Made by a program: the position numbers and the translations under genes | Shown here: in pieces, positions 20,020 to 29,797 of the stretch | How positions within the stretch are numbered: the stretch's first letter is position 1 | Layout: the number at the start of each line of letters is the position of its first letter | Notes under the pieces: generated by a model | Database searches by the model: none | What the model saw: only the letters and a program-made list of their open reading frames with translations | What the model was told of the DNA's origin: nothing | Origin: Chloroflexota bacterium | Lineage (GTDB): Bacteria; Chloroflexota; Dehalococcoidia; Lucifugimonadales; Lucifugimonadaceae | Assembly: GCA_002719295.1 (NCBI GenBank) | Contig: PBHC01000007.1 | Coordinates: 37,793-99,153 of the forward strand | Direction of reading: 5' to 3' | Length of the DNA stretch: 61,361 bases

Positions 20020-20469
20020 ATGAGTAATAAATTAGAAATATTAATAATAAATGGTCCCAATCTAAATATGCTTGGGAAAAGAGAAACTAACATCTACGGA
20101 ACAAGGACTCTTGAACAAATAAATTCAGATATTGAAAAAAAAACATCTGAACAAAATATAAACCTAGATTTTTTTCAAAGTAATCACGAAGGGGAAATTC
20201 TAGATTATATGCATAAAAATAATAATAAGATAGACGGTTGCATTATAAATGCAGGAGCACTAACTCACTCATCTACTGCCCTTCATGATGCAATAAAGTC
20301 TGTTGATTACCCATGCGTAGAAGTACATATGTCAAATATATATTCAAGAAAAGAAGCATGGAGACAAAAATCTCTAATTGCTCCAGTAGTAATTGGTACA
20401 GTTCAAGGTTTTGGTGAAAACAGCTATGAAGCAGCAATTAAATTACTTATTTCAAGTATTAGAGATTAA
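20020..20469 (+). CDS. aroQ: type II 3-dehydroquinate dehydratase
   Basis: INGPNLNMLGKRE, YG, FQSNHEG, INAGALTH, VEVHMSN; start placed at MSNKLEIL. Confidence 0.95.
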   Translation: MSNKLEILIINGPNLNMLGKRETNIYGTRTLEQINSDIEKKTSEQNINLDFFQSNHEGEILDYMHKNNNKIDGCIINAGALTHSSTALHDAIKSVDYPCVEVHMSNIYSRKEAWRQKSLIAPVVIGTVQGFGENSYEAAIKLLISSIRD

Positions 20470-21014
20470 AAGTTTTTACCCCAAATATCATAATTAAAAT
20501 TTTGTTCTAAAGAATTTCTTTCTCGTTTCTTGTTGTGTTTTTCAAGTAATTCCCCTTTGAGATCTGAAATATTGCCAGGCTTACCTACTATAAGAAGGAA
20601 AGCTACTTTGCTGTTCTCTGGAATATCTGAAACTTTTTTTACTTTATCTTCATCCCATCCGCCTATAGGATGTGTATCTAAACCAAGTTCAGTAGCCCTG
20701 AGCATAGCATTTTGTCCTGAGAAACCAATATCTAGAAAGGTTTTGGGAGAAAAATCTTTTTCATTCGTAGTACAAAAAATCAAAACCAATCCAGAATTAT
20801 TTGCCATGACTTGATTTCCAGAAGACATAGATTCAACTATTTGTTTAAATTTTTTTGAATCTCTTTTTATAGCAATTATTTTCCATGGTTGTCTATTTCT
20901 AGAAGAGGGAGCCCAAATTGAAGCTTGTATAATTGATTCCACTTCTTGTGAAGTTAATTCTTCCTGCGTGAAATTCACAGAACTTCTTCTTTTAAAAATT
21001 GGTGATTCTGACAA
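20466..21014 (-). CDS. nitroreductase family protein
   Basis: KRRS, WAPSSRNRQPW, DIG...QNAMLRATELGL, PIGG. Confidence 0.9.
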   Translation of the reverse strand: MSESPIFKRRSSVNFTQEELTSQEVESIIQASIWAPSSRNRQPWKIIAIKRDSKKFKQIVESMSSGNQVMANNSGLVLIFCTTNEKDFSPKTFLDIGFSGQNAMLRATELGLDTHPIGGWDEDKVKKVSDIPENSKVAFLLIVGKPGNISDLKGELLEKHNKKRERNSLEQNFNYDIWGKNF

Positions 21015-21091
21015 TATTATTTCTCCTATACTTTCATTTTATTTTATTGTAACCTTTTCTTTTAATCCTAGTAATTATTTTGAGGTAAAAA

Positions 21092-21706
21092 ATGATTTAT
21101 GAATTTAGAACTTACCAAATTAAAGCAGGTTCATTGCCTGATGTTTTAGAAAAATTTCAAAATAAAATAGATGGAAGAAATAAAATTTCTAAAATTGGTG
21201 CCTTTTGGTACACAGAAATTGGACCATTAAACCAGATTATTCATGTATGGCCATACGAAAATCTAGAACATAGAAATAAATCAAGGAAAGAAGCTGTTGA
21301 AAAAAAACTTTGGCCACCAGATACAGCTGATCACATGGTAAAAATGAATTCTGAAATATGGAATCCTGCGCCTTTTAGCCCTAAATTTAGTGAAAGAAAC
21401 ATAGGACCTTTTTTTGAGATGAGAATTTATACTTTTGAGCCAGATCAAATAGACAAAATGTTACCTGCTTGGGAAGAAAAAATTGAAGCTCGAAGTAGTT
21501 TAGCACCACTAGTAGGAGCATTTACATCTGAAATTGGTGAAGTAAATAAATTTATGCATATTTGGGGATATGAAAGTCTTCAACACCGAACTGAAGCGAG
21601 AGAAAAATTTAGTTCCATTGGATGGCCGCCAAAATCTAATGCTAGACCTCCCATATACATGGAGAATAAAATAGTAATGCCGTCTAAATTTTCTCCAATA
21701 AAATAA
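21092..21706 (+). CDS. NIPSNAP family protein (two domains)
   Basis: YEFRTY...EIGPLNQIIHVWPY repeated as FEMRIY...EIGEVNKFMHIWGY. Confidence 0.9.
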   Translation: MIYEFRTYQIKAGSLPDVLEKFQNKIDGRNKISKIGAFWYTEIGPLNQIIHVWPYENLEHRNKSRKEAVEKKLWPPDTADHMVKMNSEIWNPAPFSPKFSERNIGPFFEMRIYTFEPDQIDKMLPAWEEKIEARSSLAPLVGAFTSEIGEVNKFMHIWGYESLQHRTEAREKFSSIGWPPKSNARPPIYMENKIVMPSKFSPIK

Positions 21707-21707
21707 A

Positions 21708-22160
21708 CTAGAACTTAAAGTTATTTTGCCTCAAACATTCGTATGCAATTATAGAAACTGAATTACAAATATTTATTGATCTAACATTTGGATACATAGG
21801 TATATATATTTTATTTTCATCTGGGAATTTATCTAAAACTTCTTTATCTATTCCTTTACTTTCAGACCCAAATATAAAAATATCGCTCATTCCAAATTTA
21901 CATTCAGTATAATTTGTATTTGCTTGACTATCTGTAAGATAAATATTAGTTTTATTTTTTAATAAAAATTCATCAAGATTTTCATGTATAAATACTTGAG
22001 ATAGATCAAAATAATCTAAGGAAGCTCTTCTTAGGTTTTTATCATCAATATTAAAGCCCAGTGGTTGTATTAGATGTAATTCGGCATTAATGTTTACACT
22101 TAACCTAATTATATTTCCAGTATTATGTGGAATTTCTGGCTTAAGTAATACTATTTTAAT
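21708..22160 (-). CDS. trmL: tRNA (cytidine/uridine-34 2'-O)-methyltransferase TrmL, predicted ATT start
   Basis: Open frame extends upstream of the listed 60-aa ORF: (I)[19 protein letters not shown]...LHLIQPLGF...LRRASLDY...FGSESKG...IPM...RSIN. Confidence 0.9.
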   Translation of the reverse strand: MKIVLLKPEIPHNTGNIIRLSVNINAELHLIQPLGFNIDDKNLRRASLDYFDLSQVFIHENLDEFLLKNKTNIYLTDSQANTNYTECKFGMSDIFIFGSESKGIDKEVLDKFPDENKIYIPMYPNVRSINICNSVSIIAYECLRQNNFKF

Positions 22161-24199
22161 TTGTAAACTCCCTTTAGATTTTGTAGTTTCTGTTTCAAGT
22201 CATCTAAATTATCTATTGGTAAATCACAAACATAATCTTTGCATATATAAATTTTAGTTTGATTATCCTTTAATCTATCCTGCATTATAGGTAAGAAAAA
22301 GTCATTATCTTCAGGATCAATGGAAACAATTATTGTATTTGGAAGATAAATAGAAAGTAAGTATCTTATAGATTCAATATGTAACTTATCTTCTGAAGAA
22401 CCTGATATAAAAATTTCAGAACTTTCTTCTTGCATTAGATAATAGAGCTTGAACCAAGATGGCAGATCTATTGGACTTTTATCTAATAAACCAGATACTG
22501 TCTTTAAAGATTTCCCTACAATATCTAAGTATTTTGAGTCATTTGAATATCTATAAAGCCTATATGCATTTTGAGCTGCAATTGCCGCAGGATTTGGAAT
22601 CATAGGATCAAAAAATCCTTTAGGTCTAATAATTAGATCATTTGACTCAAAAGTATCATAAAAAAGGTTATCTTTAGAGCTCCAAAATCTATTTATAGTG
22701 CCTTCGCACATTGTTTTAGCAATATCATACCATCTTGATGATTGAGATGAGTTATAAAGATCGAAAAGTGCATTTGTAAAGTATGAATAATCTTCTAAAA
22801 AAGCAATTTTATTATTTTTTGTATGGAACAAAATTTCATCTTCAATAAAATTTTCTAATATTGATTCTGCTGTATAAATTGCCTGAGTTAAGTAATTTTT
22901 ATCAGATGTAATATTGTATGTATTACATAAAGAAGAAATAATCAGAGAATTCCAAGATGATATAAATTTATAGTCAGTGTTTGGTTTTACTTTTTTATTT
23001 CTAATATTAAGAAGAGTTTTTCTTGAATCTTCAATAATTTTTTCTACTCTCGATTTAGATATTTTTTTTTGATTAGAAATTTCATTTATAGAATTATTAA
23101 CAAATAGAATATTTTTTTTATCTAAATCTCCTTCTTTAGTCAAACCCCAGTAATCTTTAACAACTTCAAATTTTTTTTCTGAAAGATTTTCTTTTACTTC
23201 TTCATAATCCCATGTATAGTACTCTCCTTCTTTACCTTCTGAATCTGCGTCTTGTGTAGAAAAAAACAGATTTTCTTTTGATCTCATTTCTTCCATAAGA
23301 AAACTTGTAGTCATTAAAATTGTATTTTTTATATTTTGATTTTCAGTTATTTTGTAAGAAATGCATAAAAGATTTAATATAAGAGCGTTATCATAAAGCA
23401 TTTTTTCAAAATGGGGAATTTTCCATTCTCTGTCTGTCGAATATCTTGAAAATCCTCCTGATAGTTGATCATAAATACCCCCATTAATCATAGATCCTAA
23501 TGATAGTTGGACCATGTCATATAATTCATTAGAATTATTTTTCTTTCCAAGTAAAAACAGATTTTCTAATTTACTTGTCTCAGGAAATTTAGGGAAATCT
23601 CCAAACCCTCCTTTTTCAAAATCAAAGGAATCTTTGATTTGTGAAGTCAATTTAGAATACAGATTATTTATAATCTTATTGTTTTTATTGACAGAATTTT
23701 CAAATAAATTTTTCAATCCATCAAAAACAACTTTTGAATGATCATCTACACTTTTTCTATCATTCTGAAAAATCTCTATTATTTTTGCTAATACTGACTT
23801 AAATGCAGGGATATTATGTTTATCAAACTTAGGGAAGTATGTTCCTGCATAAAATGGCACTCCGTCAGCATTCATGAAAATAGAAGCAGGCCACCCTCCG
23901 CTTCCACTAATCATTTGAATAGAAGCCATGTATATGGAATCAATATCTGGCCTCTCTTCTCTATCAACTTTTATAGATATAAAATTTTTGTTGAGAATTT
24001 TTGCAGTTTCAATATCTTCAAAGGATTCCTTTTCCATAACATGACACCAATGACAACTTGAATACCCTATTGATAAAAAAATTGGTTTATCTTCTTTTTT
24101 AGCTTTAGTAAAGGCTTCAGTGCCCCAAGGATACCAATCAACTGGATTGGAAGAATGTTGCAATAAATACTCTGATTTTTCTTGAGATAGCTTATTCAA
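22151..24199 (-). CDS. thioredoxin-domain protein, YyaL/SSP411 family
   Basis: [64 protein letters not shown]. Confidence 0.93.
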   Translation of the reverse strand: MNKLSQEKSEYLLQHSSNPVDWYPWGTEAFTKAKKEDKPIFLSIGYSSCHWCHVMEKESFEDIETAKILNKNFISIKVDREERPDIDSIYMASIQMISGSGGWPASIFMNADGVPFYAGTYFPKFDKHNIPAFKSVLAKIIEIFQNDRKSVDDHSKVVFDGLKNLFENSVNKNNKIINNLYSKLTSQIKDSFDFEKGGFGDFPKFPETSKLENLFLLGKKNNSNELYDMVQLSLGSMINGGIYDQLSGGFSRYSTDREWKIPHFEKMLYDNALILNLLCISYKITENQNIKNTILMTTSFLMEEMRSKENLFFSTQDADSEGKEGEYYTWDYEEVKENLSEKKFEVVKDYWGLTKEGDLDKKNILFVNNSINEISNQKKISKSRVEKIIEDSRKTLLNIRNKKVKPNTDYKFISSWNSLIISSLCNTYNITSDKNYLTQAIYTAESILENFIEDEILFHTKNNKIAFLEDYSYFTNALFDLYNSSQSSRWYDIAKTMCEGTINRFWSSKDNLFYDTFESNDLIIRPKGFFDPMIPNPAAIAAQNAYRLYRYSNDSKYLDIVGKSLKTVSGLLDKSPIDLPSWFKLYYLMQEESSEIFISGSSEDKLHIESIRYLLSIYLPNTIIVSIDPEDNDFFLPIMQDRLKDNQTKIYICKDYVCDLPIDNLDDLKQKLQNLKGVYKLK

Positions 24200-24210
24200 T
24201 TCTAATTTTC

Positions 24211-24966
24211 CTAAATATCTATCTCAATACTTACAGGACAATGATCTGAACCTAAAATATCTGGATGAATCTTTGCATTAGATAAGTTTGATTTTAGTAT
24301 TTCAGAAGTACAAAAATAATCTATACGCCAACCAACATTCCTAGATCTTGCTCCTCCCATATAACTCCACCAAGTATAGTTATCTCCTTCTTGATTAAAA
24401 TGCCTAAAAGTATCTGTAAACCCATGACTTACTATATTATCGAATCCTTTTCTTTCTTCTATAGTAAATCCTGCATTTCTTACATTAGGTTTTGGATTTC
24501 TCAAATCAATCTCTTTATGAGCTACATTTAAGTCTCCACAGAAAATAACCGGTTTAATTTTTTCTAGTTCGATTACATAACTCAAAAAATCAACATCCCA
24601 TTCATTTTCTCTATAAGGTAATCTTGAAAGATCTCTTTTTGAATTAGGAGTATAAACATTAACAAGAAAAAAATTATCATATTCTAGTGTAATCACTCTG
24701 CCTTCTTTATCATGTTTATCTATACCTAATCCATAAACAGAGTTAATAGGTTCATTTTTAGTTATAACTAAAGTGCCTGAATAGCCTTTTTTCTCTGCAC
24801 TATTCCAAAATTGAGAATAACCTGGTGTAACTAGTTCAACTTGAGAACTTGAAGCTTTTGTCTCTTGTACGCAAAAAATATCTGCGTCAACATCATTAAA
24901 AAAAGATTCAAAGCCTTTTGTTATACAAGCACGTATTCCATTAACGTTCCAAGAAATCAATCTCAT
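24211..24966 (-). CDS. xth: exodeoxyribonuclease III / AP endonuclease
   Basis: [38 protein letters not shown]. Confidence 0.95.
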   Translation of the reverse strand: MRLISWNVNGIRACITKGFESFFNDVDADIFCVQETKASSSQVELVTPGYSQFWNSAEKKGYSGTLVITKNEPINSVYGLGIDKHDKEGRVITLEYDNFFLVNVYTPNSKRDLSRLPYRENEWDVDFLSYVIELEKIKPVIFCGDLNVAHKEIDLRNPKPNVRNAGFTIEERKGFDNIVSHGFTDTFRHFNQEGDNYTWWSYMGGARSRNVGWRIDYFCTSEILKSNLSNAKIHPDILGSDHCPVSIEIDI

Positions 24967-25156
24967 AATATCCTCGTCATATAAAAATTTGAATAAAACA
25001 GTACATTTCTTATGATAAATGATTCTATATGACTCTAACAGTACCTAATATCAGATAACTTCCTGATTAATCACTGTCCATTACAATCAAAACACAAAAA
25101 AAATGCCTTACTTTAATCATTTTTATGACAAAACTCGTATGAAAAAATATATATAT

Positions 25157-25186
25157 TTGACAAAATAATTTGCTAGTATTTATATT
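25157..25186 (+). promoter_or_regulatory. putative sigma70-type promoter of the 25222 ORF
   Basis: TTGACA (25157-25162), 18-nt spacer, TATATT (25181-25186). Confidence 0.5.
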
Positions 25187-25221
25187 GAAATAACAAAATA
25201 AAGACAATTTTACATTTACTT

Positions 25222-26256
25222 ATGAGCAATAAAAAAACATTATTTTCATTCAAGAAGGGCGTTATCAATTTCGGAAGTACTCACGAAAAGAAAGAGTACA
25301 TTCAAAGTCTCGGAATTCTTGTAGCAGCTTCATTTGGAGAAGTGTCAAATTACAGGCAAGTAATAGAGGCCGTTGAATCTAAAATTGATGGTAAGGCGTC
25401 AAGAAGAAACATAAGAGGGGCTATAAGGGACCTTGCAACTATATATCCAGTTGAATTTTTAGGAGAAAAACAAATTGAGAAAATCAAGATAAATAAAAAT
25501 GGTCTAAAAAAAATAATTATCGGAGAGTGCCAATCTCAAATTCTAAAGTACATATATGAAGAATCATCTGAGATAAAGACTTACTTTATAAAAGAATTTA
25601 ACCTTAATGAAAGGCAATTTTATAGATATATAAATGGAGAAAAAGAAATTACCGATAAACAGAGTCTATTAAAAATCGCAGGATTTATTTCTATTTTTCT
25701 TTCCTCTGATCAAAAATTCAAGTACTACCCAACCTTTAGTCAAAAGTTGTTAGATAAGCAGATTGGATATTTATTTACTAAAACCACTCCCCTTTTTTCA
25801 GTAAACCCAACTTTAGAAGAAATTTTTGGAATTAGCTTTATAATGAATAAGCCATTACTAATATATTACTTTTCTAAGTTATGCAAAGAACTAAATTTTA
25901 GCGGAGAAGAATCTTTCAAGGTAATTAAAAACTTATTGGTTTCAGAAGCAAAAGAATATAATTTAAATCTTGGGAAATACCTAGATTTTTTTCATACAAT
26001 GGACAATGACGGAGAATTCATTGACCCAGAAACAATAAACAGATCATCAAATATGCCAATAAAAAAAAGAATAAACCTCGTTCCAAAAATTGAAAAAGAT
26101 ATTAGATCTTCTCTTCCTGAACTATTTATAGATTTTTGGAAAAACTCAAAAGACAGTCTTGGCAAACTTAGAATAGAAGTTGGAAGACAAATTAAGAGCA
26201 GAAAAAGTATAAAAAGAGACCTTTTAAATGATAAACTTGCTAGCTATTTTAGATAG
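25222..26256 (+). CDS. hypothetical protein with a central Xre-like helix-turn-helix
   Basis: 344-aa ORF; FIKEFNLNERQFYRYINGEKEIT...LLKIA resembles an Xre HTH. Confidence 0.6.
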   Translation: MSNKKTLFSFKKGVINFGSTHEKKEYIQSLGILVAASFGEVSNYRQVIEAVESKIDGKASRRNIRGAIRDLATIYPVEFLGEKQIEKIKINKNGLKKIIIGECQSQILKYIYEESSEIKTYFIKEFNLNERQFYRYINGEKEITDKQSLLKIAGFISIFLSSDQKFKYYPTFSQKLLDKQIGYLFTKTTPLFSVNPTLEEIFGISFIMNKPLLIYYFSKLCKELNFSGEESFKVIKNLLVSEAKEYNLNLGKYLDFFHTMDNDGEFIDPETINRSSNMPIKKRINLVPKIEKDIRSSLPELFIDFWKNSKDSLGKLRIEVGRQIKSRKSIKRDLLNDKLASYFR

Positions 26257-26300
26257 ATTTTAGTTATTATAATCATAGTTAATAATTTTAGGAGAAAACA

Positions 26301-26894
26301 ATTAATAATAATCAACAAAGACTAAAATCAACCCAAGCATTATATTTTGATAAAGCTTTCATAATAAAACTATTCATATCTATTTCTTTGATTATTTTTA
26401 CCGGGGTATTTGCTCAATTTAGATTCTTTTTACCTGACAACCCCGTACCAATAACTTTTCAAACATTAGGAATACTAATGATGGGTGGTTTATTAGGACC
26501 TAAATGGGGATTTGGAACATCTTTTTCTTATGTACTATTAGGTTTAGTTGGGATACCTCTTTTTCAGGGAGGAAATGGAGGATTTACATACACTACAGGA
26601 GTTACTGGAGGGTACATTATTGGATTTGTTTTTGCTTCAACTGTAGTTGGTTATTTAATAAAAAAAGGTTTATCAGATACTAAAAGTATTTGGGCTTACA
26701 TTATTGGTACATTATTAGTTTATATCCCTGCATTGATTTGGCTTTCAGTATTTAATTTCAGCTGGCCAGAAGAAGGTAAATTATTGTCTCAGGCAGTTTA
26801 TCCTTTTTTAATTGGAGACATAATTAAAGCAATAGTAGCTTCTTTACTAACTATTGGATTACTTAAATCTAAACTAAAAAAATATATTGGATAA
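26301..26894 (+). CDS. bioY: biotin transporter BioY (ECF S-component), predicted ATT start
   Basis: PVPITFQT, GLVGIPLFQGG, TGGYIIGF, PFLIGDIIK; frame extends to ATT at 26301 preceded by AGGAG. Confidence 0.88.
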   Translation: MNNNQQRLKSTQALYFDKAFIIKLFISISLIIFTGVFAQFRFFLPDNPVPITFQTLGILMMGGLLGPKWGFGTSFSYVLLGLVGIPLFQGGNGGFTYTTGVTGGYIIGFVFASTVVGYLIKKGLSDTKSIWAYIIGTLLVYIPALIWLSVFNFSWPEEGKLLSQAVYPFLIGDIIKAIVASLLTIGLLKSKLKKYIG

Positions 26895-26896
26895 AT

Positions 26897-27574
26897 TTGG
26901 CTAGAGAAATTAGACTTCCTAAAGGATGGTTAAGACAATTAGAAACTGAGTTCTCTAAACCTTATATGATCGAAATAAGAAAATTTCTTACCCATGAATA
27001 TAATAAAAATAAAATAATTTACCCAAATAAATCATTAATATTCAATGCGTTTAATCTTTGTGATTTTGAAAAGGTAAAAGTAGTAATTCTTGGTCAAGAC
27101 CCTTACCATGGTCCAGATCAAGCACACGGCCTAAGCTTCTCTGTAAAAAAAGAAACCGCGTTACCTCCCTCTTTAGTCAATATTTTCCAAGAATTAGAAC
27201 AAGACTATGGCAAAACATTTGATAAAAGCAATGGAGACTTAAAAAAATGGGCTGATCAGGGAGTTTTTTTATTAAATACAACTTTAACAGTTGAGAAAAA
27301 CAAACCATTGTCTCATTCAAAGATAGGTTGGGAAATATTCACAGATGAAGTAATAAAAACTCTCAACAGATCTAAGAATAATCTTGTTTTTATACTATGG
27401 GGAAAATTTGCTCAATCAAAAACTAAATTCATAGATACTTCAAAGCACTATGTTATAAGTTCTCCACACCCATCGCCACTATCATCTTACAGAGGTTTTT
27501 TCGGAAGCAAACCTTTTTCAAAAGCAAATAACTATTTAGCTTCGAAAAATATAGAAAAGATAAAATGGATTTAA
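26897..27574 (+). CDS. ung: uracil-DNA glycosylase (family 1)
   Basis: VVILGQDPYHG, QAHGLSFSV, PPSL, GVFLLN, LWG, HPSPLS. Confidence 0.97.
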   Translation: MAREIRLPKGWLRQLETEFSKPYMIEIRKFLTHEYNKNKIIYPNKSLIFNAFNLCDFEKVKVVILGQDPYHGPDQAHGLSFSVKKETALPPSLVNIFQELEQDYGKTFDKSNGDLKKWADQGVFLLNTTLTVEKNKPLSHSKIGWEIFTDEVIKTLNRSKNNLVFILWGKFAQSKTKFIDTSKHYVISSPHPSPLSSYRGFFGSKPFSKANNYLASKNIEKIKWI

Positions 27575-27591
27575 TAGTATAAAGGTTTAGG

Positions 27592-27636
27592 AGAGAACCG
27601 ATCTTGAGGGACTTAATATCGGTTCTCTTTATTTCA
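27592..27636 (+). terminator. stem-loop downstream of ung; probable intrinsic terminator or small hairpin RNA
   Basis: AGAGAACCGAT / ATCGGTTCTCT 11-bp inverted repeat followed by TTATTTC. Confidence 0.55.
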
Positions 27637-27760
27637 TTCTCTATAATATTATTCTTCTAATCTATATTGTTTAAATTTTGTCTTATTAAAATAACAAACT
27701 AGTTTCAAATTAAGACACCAAATTAGCTAGGTGCTCTGTTTATTTCTTATAATCATTTAG

Positions 27761-27809
27761 AGAGAGCTGATAATACATTGTCTCTTTTGTTAGTAATTGT
27801 CAGCTCTCT
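27761..27809 (+). promoter_or_regulatory. long hairpin at the predicted 5' end of the RRM-gene leader
   Basis: AGAGAGCTGATAAT / ATTGTCAGCTCTCT 14-bp stem with one G-U; TATAAT at 27748-27753. Confidence 0.5.
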
Positions 27810-27896
27810 TTGAAAAACAGTATCTTTTATATCTGTATTTTTTATAAAAAAAATGTTCTAATTTAATGGTGAAATCAATAAAAGAAGGAAAAAATA

Positions 27897-28142
27897 TTGG
27901 ATATTTATGTAGGTAACCTCCCATGGGCGGTAGATGATAAGGACTTAGAAGAGCTATTTTCAGAATATGGTGACGTCGAAAGTGCTAAAGTTATTAAGTA
28001 CAAAGATTCTAACAGATCAAAAGGATTTGGATTTGTAGAAATGGATGACGAGTCAGCATCAAAAGCTATAGAAGCTCTTGAAGGTCATGAGTTAGATGGG
28101 AGACCATTGAAAGTCAACCAATCAAGAGGAAAAGAAGACTAA
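27897..28142 (+). CDS. RNA-binding protein (single RRM)
   Basis: RNP2 IYVGNL, RNP1 KGFGFVEM, GRPLKVN. Confidence 0.95.
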   Translation: MDIYVGNLPWAVDDKDLEELFSEYGDVESAKVIKYKDSNRSKGFGFVEMDDESASKAIEALEGHELDGRPLKVNQSRGKED

Positions 28143-28169
28143 ATCTTAAATTTCTAAAACATTCTTTTA

Positions 28170-28607
28170 ATGAACCACCCTAATTTTAAACAAAAAATTA
28201 TCTCGAGGGTGGAAGACTTTTTCAAACACCTAAATAATAATAGCGGGAACTGGGATTTTAATTTTCTGGATAACTGCTTGAAAGATTTAGAGATAGATTT
28301 TGAAATATTAACTAACTATATTCAGGATGAGAGACTAAATATACATCTTGAAGGAATGATTGTTACAAATCAGACAAATAGAAGATTAGTTAATGCAGAA
28401 AAGCTTTTTAAGTTTACTCAAAGAGAATTTCAGGAAATAAGAAAATCATTGTTAAAAAATGATGATTTGAAAAAGGAAAACAAAAAAGAAATTATTTCAA
28501 AGTTTAATGAATATATTTCTCCGAAAATAATTTGGTTATTTGAGGATGAAAAATCAATAGAATATACTGCTTTGAAGCATCTATATGAGACCGGTGAAAT
28601 AAAATGA
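28170..28607 (+). CDS. hypothetical protein
   Basis: 145-aa ORF co-oriented with the RRM gene; no family recognised. Confidence 0.6.
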   Translation: MNHPNFKQKIISRVEDFFKHLNNNSGNWDFNFLDNCLKDLEIDFEILTNYIQDERLNIHLEGMIVTNQTNRRLVNAEKLFKFTQREFQEIRKSLLKNDDLKKENKKEIISKFNEYISPKIIWLFEDEKSIEYTALKHLYETGEIK

Positions 28608-28669
28608 CACAAAAATTTATTTTTTTAAAATAATTTGAAATAATATAAATCCCTATAAAAAGTATCCTT

Positions 28670-28825
28670 ATGAAACAGAAAAGAAAATCATTAGAAATAA
28701 AAGATTTCAATGTCGTCTATAAAAACCAATTTGGTGAAGAAGTAGATAAAGATACTTGGTTAAAAATCTCTGATGAAAAATCTTACATAATAAAAGATAT
28801 TTCTAATCAAAGAAAAAATGGTTGA
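28670..28825 (+). CDS. possible small hypothetical protein (51 aa)
   Basis: ATG 28670 to TGA 28825, MKQKRKSLEIKDFNVVYKNQFGEEVDKDTWLKIS...; fills the gap. Confidence 0.4.
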   Translation: MKQKRKSLEIKDFNVVYKNQFGEEVDKDTWLKISDEKSYIIKDISNQRKNG

Positions 28826-29724
28826 ATCCAAGCATTGGTTCCTTCAGACGAGCGCACTACTACTCTACAATAGTTCTTCATGCCTTTAGTATCTAATTCC
28901 AATTCATCACCCTCTTTTTCAAAAAAAACCACACCTGAATCATGAATTACTTTTATAGTATATTTTTGCTTTTCTTTAGGAGGTCTTTCTTTAATTTTTA
29001 AATAAATTTTGGATTTAGATATTTCTAATTCCTTAAGTTCTACTCCTGTTGATGAATAAAATTCTCCTTTTTTCATTGATTGAATAATTTCTTCTACTTT
29101 AAGTGAACTAGACTTAACGAATATCCAGCCTCTGCCAGGATTTGATCTTATAGAAGAAAACTCTTCAGTAAAATGATGAGCGTCATCACTTGCTACTCCA
29201 TAAATCAATTTCCCTGATGATAAAATTTCATCCCAAATTTCCTCTGTAGACATTGAATGAAGAGAGCCTTCATTATTAGAGTGCATATGACCATTGAAAA
29301 CTTCAAAAGCCCAAGCATCTTTAGAATGCTTTATATCATCTGCAGAAACCCACCACTGATAATTTGGATGATTAATACTAGCTAATCCACCTTGTGAATT
29401 AACTTTATCAACCACATCATTTATTCCATCTATATTACTTTCATAAGAACCTGGAGTAATAAGGCTTTTTATACCTATACCGTTTATATGGAGTGCTGCT
29501 GGATGACCATTTATTTCTCTTATTGTTATTTCTTCACCTGGAACTAGCAAAGGCCATTTATTTTTTTTAGATACAGCTTCATTTAAAATTGTAAGATGAT
29601 TATGATCAGATAATACTAAAAAATCGTATTCATTATTTTTATACCAACTTGCTACATGATCTGGAGATGAATCTCCATCACTATTAGTTGTATGTGTATG
29701 GATATTTCCTTTGTACCAATTCAT
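28807..29724 (-). CDS. PHP-domain metallohydrolase (CehA/McbA-like)
   Basis: WYKGNIHTHTTNSDG, SDHN, PGEE, NHP, EVFNG, SDDAH. Confidence 0.85.
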   Translation of the reverse strand: MNWYKGNIHTHTTNSDGDSSPDHVASWYKNNEYDFLVLSDHNHLTILNEAVSKKNKWPLLVPGEEITIREINGHPAALHINGIGIKSLITPGSYESNIDGINDVVDKVNSQGGLASINHPNYQWWVSADDIKHSKDAWAFEVFNGHMHSNNEGSLHSMSTEEIWDEILSSGKLIYGVASDDAHHFTEEFSSIRSNPGRGWIFVKSSSLKVEEIIQSMKKGEFYSSTGVELKELEISKSKIYLKIKERPPKEKQKYTIKVIHDSGVVFFEKEGDELELDTKGMKNYCRVVVRSSEGTNAWIQPFFL

Positions 29725-29797
29725 ATCTATATAAATCCTTTTTTAGCTAATGTATGTTGTTATTAGTATTTAAATTTATACTAACAAATAGAAAATA

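Noticed and set aside
21708..21890. 60-aa ORF as a truncated trmL pseudogene
   Set aside because: The frame is intact upstream with all TrmL motifs; it only lacks a canonical start codon.
1..27574. Helicase, recJ, xerD, uvrC, xth and ung as a DNA-repair or defence island
   Set aside because: They are interspersed with unrelated housekeeping genes on both strands, as expected in a compact core genome.
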